From Marsupella aquatica (lineage: Eukaryota > Plantae > Marchantiophyta), in contig OZ316892.1 of NCBI GenBank assembly GCA_973895155.1, positions 6,555,251-6,619,250 on the forward strand: a DNA stretch of 64,000 bases, written 5' to 3'. Positions within the stretch are counted from its first letter, which is position 1. Every line of letters begins with the position of its first letter. Positions 53,060 through 64,000 of this stretch are shown here, one piece after another. The notes under the pieces were generated by a model. It searched no databases. It saw only the letters and a program-made list of their open reading frames with translations, and had not been told where the DNA came from. The position numbers and the translations under genes are program-made.

Positions 53060-54758
53060 GGTTGGTGCATGTGGGCTTTGTTTCCCCAAGTTCGTTCTGG
53101 CTGTGGGCAGATTGGGTAGTAGTTGGCTTGCACCCTACTAGTTACTTGCAATTGTTCCACTGGAGAACCAACCATGCAAGTTGTCGACGGAGCCGTCTGG
53201 AACCCCAAGGCTGGTCAACATCAAGTCCAACAAGCTAGTGGTAGGCCAGGTTGCTAATTTCCATACTTGTCCACTGTAGATACGTTAACAACACAGCAAC
53301 CCACATGGCACAGGTATATGATTTAGTGCATGCCCAGCTACATTTAATTAATAAGCTGAGTGAGATAGCATCAGGTTTTGGGCCATTGCTTCAAGGATGA
53401 TTCGCTTCAAGTTTAATTTTGATCAAAACCTTACTGTCAGTGCTAGCATTGCTGAAGCTTAAATACTTCAGTGGTCAATCAGTACTTAGGCTACAAAGTG
53501 ACTAAATTTCAACTACCTCAAGACATTTATACTTACAAAGGAACAGTTGCCCAATGTACAATTTTGGGAATTGCAACCTCGCAGCACCAGTTTTACCTTT
53601 CTCCTGGAGCCTTGATCAGTCACACAATTCAACAGCTTAAAATCAAACCTATTCAAGACCTCCTCGAAGCTTCATAACAATATATAACCTAGACAGGTAG
53701 GCTCAGATCTCAATGATCTTAACAAGCCCAGATGTTTGATACATTGGATATAACGAAGGCCAATATGGGAGACCTGAAATGATGATTCTGCCTCCTACTT
53801 TTGGGTTTACTCGGATCTGTCTCGCATCCTTGATGGTGCCTTCCGTTGCTTTCAGATTCTCCTGCGCACACAGTGAATTCAGGGCCATTGATCAGATTTA
53901 CCTACATGACAAGCTGGTTTGCTTTCATTTCATGATTGCTGAGAAGTTACACAAACTAGCTAGAAAATGCATTAATGTTCCATGCTTGAATTCAATACAT
54001 TTAACATATCAGTCATTTCTGTCCATGTCTAATGCATTTCTCACCTCTAAAGGTAATGTGAATAGCTGTCTAAAATAGTTGGAGAGCTTCCAGAAGTTGT
54101 ACAAGCAACTCTTGGTGATTATACCAGGAGTCCGGATTTTTCCAGTTAATCGAGCTAGTCCAAGAGCTTCCAGAAGTTGGACGGACACCTCTTGGTGATT
54201 ATACTAGGAGTTTGGATCCTTCGAGATAATCGAGCATTGATGGTTGATTATCAATGGTTGAATATCTGGAAGAATCCTTACTCCTGGGAAGCCTCACAAG
54301 TATTTGAATCACGTGTCAGCGGTTGCTGCTTCACAATGCAGACCTCTTCTGAGATCCTTCCATTGCCCATGCGACTGCGCGACCTCCTCTTGTATGCATG
54401 GTCACTGAAGTCACTGAATCATTACTTCAAACAAGAGCTTGGAGAAATGGTATGTGGTCTTGTAGCAAATCCGAATTGTAGGACAGTCAGTGGTGCCACT
54501 CATGATTGTACTTGCCTGATTGGTTCTAATTGCTGATTCAGCCCCAAAATGCTCCTGGTAATGTGTCCAAACGGCAAGCAATCAATGATCTGCTCCGGTG
54601 AACTTGCAATTAACCTCAATTGTCCAAAGCATTTTTCTGTTGTGTCCACAAATACGATGGCACGAGATAGGCAATTATCAGTCCAAGCATCCTTGTGTCT
54701 ACAACTTACTACACTAAGAGTTGGAATGTGAAGGCTACTACAGAGACAACTATTCCAG

Positions 54759-54795
<37 letters not shown>

Positions 54796-55624
54796 ACAAT
54801 TTGCCAACAATTCACCCAAATTGCCAAACTGGATGACAAAGTTGCTCTTTCAGGTTCATTGAGAGAGAGAGAGAGGCAACGGGATATATACTGTCAACAA
54901 TTCACCCAACAAGCCAAATTGGATGACAAAGTTGTTGTTCCAGGTTCACTGAGAGAGAGAGATAGGCAACAGGATACTGTAATTAAACTGTTCTAAATCA
55001 GCCAGAAAGCCAATGAAACTGGATGATAAAGTGGAGACCCAAAGACAAAAACAAAACTCACAAGAGCTAGCCTCAGCCATCAGGGCAACCAATGTGGAGT
55101 ACATTCGAACTGTATGTAACATATTTCAGCATTTGTAGATACAAAATCCACTGTCACACTCACCACAAAAGCAGGGCACAACAGTTTTGTTGTGTCAAAA
55201 TTCAACACAAAATGAAGGAGACTTAATTAAGACACTCAATTTGTGTAAAGAGGGTACCTCTGTGTGGGTTTTAGGCTGAGTGTAAGTAGTGGTGGGAGTA
55301 TTTGTACTAGTGGGCCTATTGGTTTCTGCAGTACTTGTATTGGTGGGAGGATTGGTTTCTCCTCAGCCCTATATATGGTAGCCCAATTTGGGACCATGAT
55401 TGAACTTTCTCTCCCTCCTTGGTTTGGGTCCAACCCAATAATTTGGGACCTTGGTTTAACTTTCTCTCACTCCTTGGTTTGGGTCCTGTCGAGGGTCCTG
55501 TCAGATCCCTGGGTATAATCCTAATCTAGCTACCCTAGACAGGCCCATGCTTTAATTGGAGTAGTTTACTGTTGGATGGGTCTATTTTTGGTTTCAAGGC
55601 AAAAATTGTAATTTTGTGGAAAGG
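53060..55624 (-). pseudogene. 2OGD (DOXC) pseudogene copy A with its 5' UTR and promoter
   Basis: Minus strand carries a TATA-like tatatag (~55370), a (CT)n-rich leader, then QVQS*...RP, CEASQE*GFFQIFNH (~54300-54253), QWPK, YSGQVWKL..LLDLMLTSLG and RVQANYYPICPQPERTWGNKAH. Confidence 0.75.
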
Positions 55625-57049
55625 ACAAAAAAATTCTAAGTTAGTAGTACTACAGTAGAAAATGAGGTAGACAAGCAAGGCAGCTGAGCATGGGCGTAGG
55701 TGCTCTTGGAGGTGCCTAGGCTAGGGCTTGCATATGCATGAACTGGTGCATGCACTCAACGGGCTTTTTCATCATTCTCATTCCAGGTATTTGTGGAGTT
55801 TAATCCGCAACATCCGGGGAGTAAGGGTCGGGCTTGGGATGGAGAGTCTGGACCCCCTGACAGACTTGAGTCCTGAGGACTTGAGGGAGAGCTTGTGTTG
55901 AGCCTAAGTACAATGAAGTTTAGTTCATGCGGAAGGGACGCTTAATGCATGAGAATTGACGGGGGTGGAGTAGCCTGGGACCCCGTAGGGACAATGAGTC
56001 TATCTTGAGGGGCCAAGCATGAGCACCGTGTTGGCCCAATCACAACGGGAAAAGGCATTTCATCTATAGACACCTAACAAGACAATTACAAGCCAAGCAA
56101 GTTAGCTCTGTGCCCAATCAACTTGGTTGGAGCAGGGGTTGGAGTCTTACAGGTTACATAATTACCTCTTGTATTTTGTGTCCTTATTGGAAGGGCTCGT
56201 GTGATGACTCCTGGCCTTCCCTGCTAACTCCGCTAACACTTCTTTCTTGTACCCGAAACCTGACATACTAACTCATTGCTACGGTATTCCATTCAATATA
56301 CTAGTAAGGAAATCCCCTATTTCATAAATTACTCACTCCATGCTCCAATCTCCGTTTAGGCTACAATTCGGCGATTGAGTTCCTGGGTCTACATCTATCA
56401 TGAGACTTTTCTATAATTACTCTAAATGGACTATTTTTTAATTTTGCATTCTAGGTATTTAAGCTACTAGTTCATCCCACAAATTTTGCAACCTATTGAT
56501 CTTAATCTTATCTAATCTGTCCCGACACTCACTACCCAGTTGTTTCATCTTTCTACTACCTAACATACGTCTTTCCTCACTCTATACCTATGTTTCCTTG
56601 GAAATTTTTTTCTTTAATAATAAACCGCAAAAAACCCGTAGAGGGGTGGAAGCACACAGCATAGGACAACTGCAAAGCAACAACTCTCCGGGGAGGCCAG
56701 CAGGGAGGCCCCTGAACGGGGCCAGCCAAAAGCACACAAAATCGCACACCACAGGCACAATTCACCATCACCCCCAAGCATGGTGAGAGGTGACCTAACT
56801 GGAATGACTACAACCCATCAAAGGCTCCAGAGCCCTAAGAGCACAAATTCTCCTAAACTAAATGAGCCTGCAACCTGCCACGGCTAGCTAAACAAAGGGA
56901 GACCAACATAGAGCATTCACAACCTAACCAGGATCACACAGCCCTCCCGGGGTACTCTATACCTATGTTTACTTCTACCTGTGATTATTTCTAACTACAA
57001 TTACTTTGTTTTTAACACTAGTTAACCACTACTACCTAATTCGACATCC

Positions 57050-58330
57050 AACACTTCCTCAACCAAGGCGCTCCACAAGGGCCAATTTTGGCCAACCCCT
57101 TGATAGATTTGGTTTTGCATATCCTTGTGTTCACGTTGTTGAGCACGACAATGATCCTGATGTTATTTTGCTCAATGAGGATAGAGACCCCTCTAGCTAT
57201 GAAGAAGTTATGGCCTCTTCAGACAAGGATAAACTATGGATGGAGGCAATGTTGAAGGAGATGAATTCAACTTGACACTTAACTAACATGCCTCGCGGGA
57301 AGACATAGGTTTTGTGTAGATGATTGTACAAGAAGAAGAAGAAGCAAGATGACACTTACAAGGCACGCCTTGTGGCCAAAGGGTACACCCAGAAGGAGGG
57401 CTTGGACTACATGGAGATTTTCTCACCAGTTGTCAAACTTGCTATTATTAATGTTTTACTTGCGATTGTGGCATTCAATGATCTTGAGTTAGATCAAATG
57501 GATATAATTATTGCTTTCCTCCATGGATTGCTTGATGTGGAGATTTATATGACATAACTTCTAGGTTTTATTGATGAGAATACCAGACACTTGGTGTGTA
57601 AGCTCTTGTGCTCGTTATACAGATTGAAGTAGAGTCCCAAATAGTGGAATAAACATTTTGATTCCTTCATGTTATCTCAGGGGTTCACACGGAGTGAACA
57701 TGATTGTTGTATTTATATGAAGGAGGTGGAGAATTACTCACGTTTTGGTTACATTATGCTGACACTGTACATCAATCTGATGTTGCCCATCTGAAAACAA
57801 TGTTGAATAAGGAGTTTTCAATGAAGAACTTGGGTTAGACCAAGAAGATTCTAGGGATGAAGATTCATCGTGATAGGGAGCAGAGGGAATTATGGTTGTC
57901 TTAGAGGCAGTATTTGGAGAAGGCACTTGCCAAGTATGGAATGGAGAATGCAAAACAAGTTGATACTCCATTGGCTTCCCACTTCAAACTCTCAAAGAAT
58001 GATTGCCCTTCTAGTGAGAGCAATGAAATAGGTTCCCTATGATAGTGTTATGGATAATTTGATGTATACGATGACATGCACTAGACCTGACATTGCCCAT
58101 GACATTGCCCACGTTGTTAGCATTTTGAGCAGATTTATGACAAATATTGGTAAACTTCATTAGGAAGCAATGAAGTGGGTTTTGCATTATCTGAAAGGTC
58201 CCTTAGATTGTGAGATTCTATTTGACGGTAAAACATACTCTACATTAGAGTTGGAAGTGACAACTCCAGATGCAGGACGTTTCCATTCTCTATTCTCTAC
58301 CATGATCGATGAGACACCGGTTAGCTTCGA
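57050..58330 (+). mobile_element. Ty1/Copia retrotransposon reverse transcriptase relic
   Basis: PSSYEEVM..WMEAMLKEMNS, YKARLVAKGYTQKEGLDYMEIFSPVVK, QMDIIIAFLHGLLDVEIYM, YTMTCTRPDIAH. Many stops. Confidence 0.92.
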
Positions 58331-58853
58331 GGATGTGCTCCCATGACCTATGAAACGACCCTCAATGCTCTCTCAAAAATCTGACTGTATGATGATCAAA
58401 CAAACACTCTCCAAAAGTGTCTTGCTGCTACTGCTAATCTCCTCTTGAGTGGACCCGTTTTCGCTCTCTTGCTTTTTCAGGCTCTCCAAAGCAAAACAAT
58501 ACTCCAGGTTCCAGAGAAGGTTTGATTTTCTGGCTTTTGATTCCTTTTCACATCCTGCGTTCGTCCTTTCATTGTGGTAGTTTTTCTTCCTCTTCTGCGT
58601 TTCTGTTCCATTCCATTCTACTCTACCTTTGAGATCTAGATCTAAGCGTGAGAGAGTGATCCGTTTCTGTCCCGTTCCCCCTGATCTCTTTGGCGGGATG
58701 TTGTGAATCGCAAGCAGGGCTTCGTTTCCCAGATTGACACACTCTTCCTTCATTCGAGTGATTCGCAATTGACGCACTGGTAGAGCCAAAGACAAGAAAT
58801 TGTGTCTGCTGCATTTGTCGTTCGATAGCTCAAGCTTGCTCGGATTTACGCAA

Positions 58854-60120
58854 ATGGGGCCGTTCAAGGTGATCGAGGTGGCAACCAAGCCCTACGATGG
58901 CCAGAAGCCCGGTACCTCGGGATTGAAGAAGAAGGTGACGGTATTCCAACAGGAGCACTATTTGGCCAACTTTGTTCAAGCGACTTTCAATTCTCTTCCG
59001 GCTTCCAAAGTGAAAGGATCGACAATTGTGGTGTCTGGTGATGGTCGATACTACTCGAAGGAGACTATTCAGTTGATCATCGAAAGTGCCGCTGCAAATG
59101 GAGTGAAAGGAGTGTGGGTGGGCCAAGATGGGCTTCTGTCGACGCCTGCAGTGTCGGCCATTGTCCGCAATTGGGTGGAGAAATAGCATATGGAGCTTTC
59201 ATATTGACTGCCAGCCACAATCCAGGAGGCCCCCATGAGGACTTCGGAATCAAGTACAACACTGAGAATGGAGGGCCAGTCCTAGAAGGGCTAACGGACA
59301 GCATTTATGAAGTCACCAAGACTATTAGCAAGTACCATATTGCAGAGGGAATTCCTCTGGTTGATATATCAAAAGTCGTCATTTCAAAGTTTGAGGCCCA
59401 ATGGGCCTTTTGAGGTGGATGTGTTTGATCCAACAGATGAGTATACGGCACTCATGAAAACCATCTTCGATTTCGAAGCAATCAAAGGGCTGTTGCATCG
59501 TCCTGGCTTCTCGTTCCTCTTTGATGGACTGCATGGCGTAGCTGGACTGTACGCAACGAGAATCTTCGTGAAAGAACTGGGTGCGAAAGAAACTTCATTG
59601 ATCAACTGCGTCCCAAAGGAGGACTTCGGTGGAGGTCACCCAGATCCGAACTCGACCTATGCGAAAGAGTTGGTGCATCGCTCGGGCCTTGGAAAATTGC
59701 CTCCAGCTGAGGAGATTCCGGAGTTCGGAGCAGCAGCAGATGGCGATGCAGATCGCAGTATGATCTTGGGCAAGAAATTCTTCGTGACTCCATCAGACTC
59801 AGTTGCTATCATCGCCGCAAACGCCGTTGGTTCAATTCCGTACTTTAGCGCCGCTTTAAAGGGGATTGCAAGGAGTATGCCAACATCAGCTGCTCTGGAC
59901 GTGGTTGCTAAGAAGCTGGGCCTGAAGAAGTTTGAGGTCCCAACCGGGTGGAAGTTCTTTGGCAACCTTATGGATGCTGGAATGTGTTCCATCTGTGGAG
60001 AAGAGAGCTTTGGAACAGGATCGGATCATATCAGAGAAAAGGATGGCATCTGGGCTGTTCTGGCGTGGCTTTCCATCCTGGCCACGCCAGAACAGCCACG
60101 ATGTTCCAGCAGGTGGGAAA
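58854..60120 (+). pseudogene. PGM: Cytosolic phosphoglucomutase copy: intronless, frameshifted and 3'-truncated
   Basis: KPYDGQKPGTSGLKKKV, SGDGRY, TASHNPGGP (phospho-Ser loop), [16 protein letters not shown] (metal loop), [18 protein letters not shown]. Frameshifts near 59180, 59400 and 60085. Homology stops shortly after WLSILA. Confidence 0.92.
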
Positions 60121-61594
60121 GGTAATGCAAATAGCTTGGATGTTCCAGCAGGTGGGAAAGGTAATGCAAATAGGTGTCTAAAACAGTCAGAGCTTCCAGA
60201 AGTTGGACAAGCAACTCTTGGTGATTATACGAGGAGTTTGGATTTTGGATTCTTCCAGCTAATCAAGCTTGTCCGAGAGCTTCCAGAAGTTGGACGGGTA
60301 ACTCTTGGTGATTACACCAGGAGTTCGGATTCTTCCAGATAATCGAGCATTGATGGTTAATTATCAATGGTTGAATATCTGGAAGAATCCTTACTTCTGG
60401 GAAGCATCACGAGTATCTGAATCACTTGTCAGCAGTTGCTGTTTCACAAGCGCGGACCTCTTCTGAGATCCTTCCATTGCCCATGCGATTGTGCGACCTC
60501 CTCTCGTATGCATGGTCACTGAAGTCACTGAATCATTACTTCAAACAAGAGCTTGGAGAAATGGTATGGAGTATTGTAGCAAATCCGAATTGTAGAACAG
60601 TCATTGGAGCCGCTCATGATTGTACTTGCCTGATTGGTTCTAATTGCTGACTCAGTCCCCGAATCCTCCTGGTAATGTGTCCGAATGGCAAGCAATCAAT
60701 GATCTGCTCCTGTGAACTTGCAATTAAGCTCACCTGTCCAAAGCATTTTTCTGTTGTGTCCACAAATACTATGGCACGAGACAGGCAATTATCAGTCCAA
60801 GCATCCTTGTGTCTACAACTTACTACACTAAGAGTTGGAACGTGAAGGCCACTACGAAGACAACCGTTCCAGAGAGAGAGAGAGAGAGAGAGAGAGAGTG
60901 CCAACAATTCACCCAAATTGCCAAACTGGATGACAAAGTTGCTCTTCCAGGTTCACTGAGAGAGTGAGAGAGAGGCAACGGGATATATATACTATCAACA
61001 ATTCACCCAACAAGCCAAAGTGGATGACAAAGTTGTTCTAGTGAAAGGTTGAGAGAGATAGGCAACAGAGAGTTGAACCAATTGGCTTAGGTCAATTGGC
61101 TAGGGGATTTGCCTGGAACTGAGAGGTCCCAGGTTCAATCCCCCCTCCACACACTGGGGTGTGGAGGGTATTTGTGTGTGGGTGGGATGGGTTTTGTGGG
61201 TAGTGGATTGGAGTTCTGATTATCTGCTCGGCCCCTGGTCGTCCACTTTGTGGCCCTGATTTAATCCTCTCTCCTTCCTGGTGCGGGTCCCTGTCGGATC
61301 CGTTGGGGCTCACCCTGGTCTGGGTTCCCTACAGAAAAACTGTCACATTGGGATGGGGGGAGTCTAATTGTATTTCCTCCCCATTTCCGTTCAAGACAAA
61401 AAAAAAAAAGGTTGAGAGAGATAGGCAACAGCATATTGTAATTAAACACATCTGAATCACCCAAGCCAATGAAACTGGATGGCAAAGTGGTTGTTCCAGG
61501 TTCACTGAGAGAGAGAGATAGGCAACAGGATATTGTTATTAACAATTCTAAATCACCCAGAAAGCCAATGAAACTGGATGACAAAGTAGTTGTT

Positions 61595-61633
<39 letters not shown>

Positions 61634-61992
61634 CAACAGGATACTCTAATTAAACAGTTCTGAATCACCCAAAAAACCAATGAAACTATAATTAAACAAT
61701 TCTGAATCACCCAAAAAGCCAATGAAACTGGATGACAACTCACAAGACCCTCAGCCCTATGGTAGCCCAGTTTGAGACCATGGTTGAACTTTCTCTCCCT
61801 CCTTGGTTTGGGTCCAACCCAATAATTTGGGACCTTGGTTTAACTTTCTCTCACTCCTTGGTTTGGGTCCTGTCAGATCCCTGGGTATCATCCCAATCTA
61901 GCTACCCTACACAGGCCCATGCTTTGGAGTAGTCTACTGTTGGATGCGTCTGTTTTTGGTTTGAAGGCAAAAATTGCAATTTTGTGGAAAGG
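60118..61992 (-). pseudogene. 2OGD pseudogene copy B (5' part and promoter), direct duplicate of ~54049-55624
   Basis: Long, highly similar match to 54049-55624, including DASQK*GFFQIFNH on the minus strand, (GA)n tracts and the upstream tggtagccca...tgtggaaagg block. Confidence 0.75.
61069..61406 (+). mobile_element. tRNA-derived SINE, apparently full length (~340 bp)
   Basis: A-box-like tggcttaggtcaattgg, B-box gaggtcccaGGTTCAATCCc, poly(A) tail. 25-bp TSD aaaggttgagagagataggcaacag at 61044-61068 and 61407-61431. Absent from the paralogous copy A region. Confidence 0.88.
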
Positions 61993-62028
61993 GCAATCCT
62001 TTACTCAACATTAATTTCACATTGGGTC

Positions 62029-62072
<44 letters not shown>

Positions 62073-62469
62073 CCTCCTCCATATACCCATGGTATAGGCC
62101 TTCCCAAAAAGGGGTGAGTGTGGTATGCATATTTTTTTGGTGAAATTAGCCACACTCACCAAAAAGACCACCTTTGAGCTGGACCAGTCTCCCTGAAATC
62201 TTTTTGCGTGATCCATTTGCGTCAATTTTGGTCACACGGTCGAACAAAATAAAACGTTTAAAAAAAATACTGGACCGGTCTCCTTGAATCTTTTTGCCTC
62301 CGATCGCTGTCAGCGACAAATTCCCACAAAAAAAGTGGCAGACACAAAAATGTGTCTTTGCACACTCCTGACCCATGACCAAAACTGGTAGTTTTGGGTG
62401 TCATTGTTTTCCTCAAAGTCAAGGTTTGAGATGCCCTACTAGACATGGAATCCAATTTGCTTACTTAGC

Positions 62470-63720
62470 TTGGGTAGCTGCAAAAGTACCCTACAGTAGT
62501 AGCAACCTGGGTGTCACTTCCAAAAATCTACTGAGTGTACATATATAGTAATGTCCTGTTTAGACGGCATTGTGGGATGCCCCCCCCCCCCCCCCCCAAC
62601 ACACACCCACCCAAAATGAGAGTTTTAGTTTTGAGAGGCTATAATCTGATTACCCCTTCCTTGCACCTAAAACAGAGATAAGACAAAAAAACAACCTTGC
62701 TTGCAAAAGAATAAACAGTCTACGGTGGATAAGTGCAGTCTGTATAAGTGCATTCTGTGGGTAACTGCAGGGTGATCATGCAGTCCTCTAATATTACAAT
62801 GTTTTTTTTGTAAACGCAGCACGTTTGTAGGCAGGTTGACGTCACTAAACGACAAATACATAAGCATATCATTTTCCGTCTATAAGAGTGCACATGCATT
62901 ACACAATTACTGCAACACATATGCTAGAAGCATTTATTGATAAGTGCATTGGACTACTACACATGGTAGTCTCATGCACTTATTCAGTTGAATGGTGTAG
63001 TGTGAGGATTGAGGGTGTGAGGAGTCCAATGCATATGGCCTGAAAGGACGCTTGCAGCAGGGCATAAGTGATTTCACATGCACCTATGGAGAAGTGCATA
63101 AATGACACCCAAGCACTTATCGCATAGTGCATACGGGAGTGCATAGCATGTATAAGTGCAGGCTTGGGGTGTCTTCCCGGGAGGTAGACTGGAACTATGT
63201 TATTTCCCCTGAATCTTTGCCCCCATCTCACTTCACTTTCAGTTTGTCCTTATTGATTTAATTTGTCTTTATCTAAAGTTACTCTGTAGGCTTCTCTCTA
63301 GAAGTCTAGACCCCAACTCTAGTTTATAGTCATATAGATTTTTGCTCATAATGCTCGATCCTCAAACAGGACATTACTATAAAGAGACTTTTATTTTTTC
63401 CAATTTTAGTGAAACTAGAGGAGAATCTTTCTAACAAGGTGATTGAATCGTGTCTGGGCATAGTTGTAGCTCCCATAATAAGCTGCAAAACTACTCTCCG
63501 TGCTAGCAACCTGGGGGGTCACTTCCAAAATGTTACATATATAGCAATGTCCTGTTTAGAGGGCATAGTGGGATGATGTAGTGCCTCCCCCCAAAATGAG
63601 AATTTCAGTTTTGAGGGGCTATTATTGCCCATAATGCTCCTGAAAAAGTACCGTACCATAAGAGACTTTTATTTTTTCCATTTTTAGCAATACTAGAGGA
63701 GAATCTTCCTAACATAAAGA
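62470..63720. repeat. Dispersed repeat family with internally duplicated blocks, also present at ~26495-26680
   Basis: agctgcaaaa..tagcaacctggg..gtcctgtttaga(c/g)ggca..cccc aaaatgaga..agttttgag occurs at 62476-62643 and 63481-63625, and is similar to gtcttgtttagagggcc..gcctcccc..cagttttgagagg at ~26509-26580. Confidence 0.6.
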
Positions 63721-64000
63721 CTTTTGTTATTTTTCTCTTTGTATTGTTCAGTGCCATACAGCCTCCCTTCTTTTGAGGAGGGCATTATGTGAAGTATACC
63801 AAAAATAGGAAAGGTAAACCCAAATACAGTGTTACCAAATAAAATAACATAATAACTTGTATCAAAATCACAAGATTTGTTTTTAACTTCTTTCATGCCT
63901 TTGGCCAATTGCAGGCCCTTTTGCTTGGATTTTCTATTCAGAGATTCATTTTTTCTTGTTTGTTACCAAAAAATCACTCAAGTTTTACGCACATTAATGT

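Noticed and set aside
3196-60120. AnPRT, UPRT, PGM and 2OGDs as a PRPP-centred biosynthetic gene cluster
   Set aside because: The genes are 25-55 kb apart, separated by unrelated housekeeping genes, and the PGM and 2OGD copies are dead. No evidence of co-regulation.
61069-61150. Functional tRNA gene
   Set aside because: No full cloverleaf. It is followed by an unrelated body, poly(A) and a TSD, so it is a SINE head.
54049-61992. The two ~1.6-1.9 kb direct repeats as LTRs of the enclosed Copia
   Set aside because: No TG...CA termini, PBS or TSD seen. The repeats carry 2OGD coding motifs and promoter-like sequence, so they are better read as gene duplicates.

Overview
Eukaryotic land-plant nuclear DNA. 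GT-AG introns, long UTRs and the gene set suggest a bryophyte, probably a liverwort (inferred). Apparently intact genes: a 10-exon plastid-type anthranilate phosphoribosyltransferase (AnPRT/TrpD) homologue with substitutions at the anthranilate-binding residues (+, 3196-7221), an intronless RING-CH/RINGv E3 ligase (+), an intronless nardilysin-like M16A peptidase (+), a plastid uracil phosphoribosyltransferase (-) and the Tudor splicing factor SPF30 (-). Pseudogenes: F-box/Kelch, P-type PPR, an intronless 3'-truncated cytosolic phosphoglucomutase copy, and a scrambled array of 2-oxoglutarate/Fe(II) dioxygenase (2OGD, DOXC) relics at 45.5-62 kb. Two of those relics carry a fold-back hairpin of the conserved GFFQ codons, a proto-MIRNA-like structure. 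Mobile DNA: a CACTA right end, two copies of a TIR MITE (one holding a LINE with a 16-bp TSD), a full-length tRNA-derived SINE with a 25-bp TSD, a Copia RT relic and many short tandem duplications. Exon boundaries and family assignments were read by eye with no database search, so coordinates may be off by a few bases.
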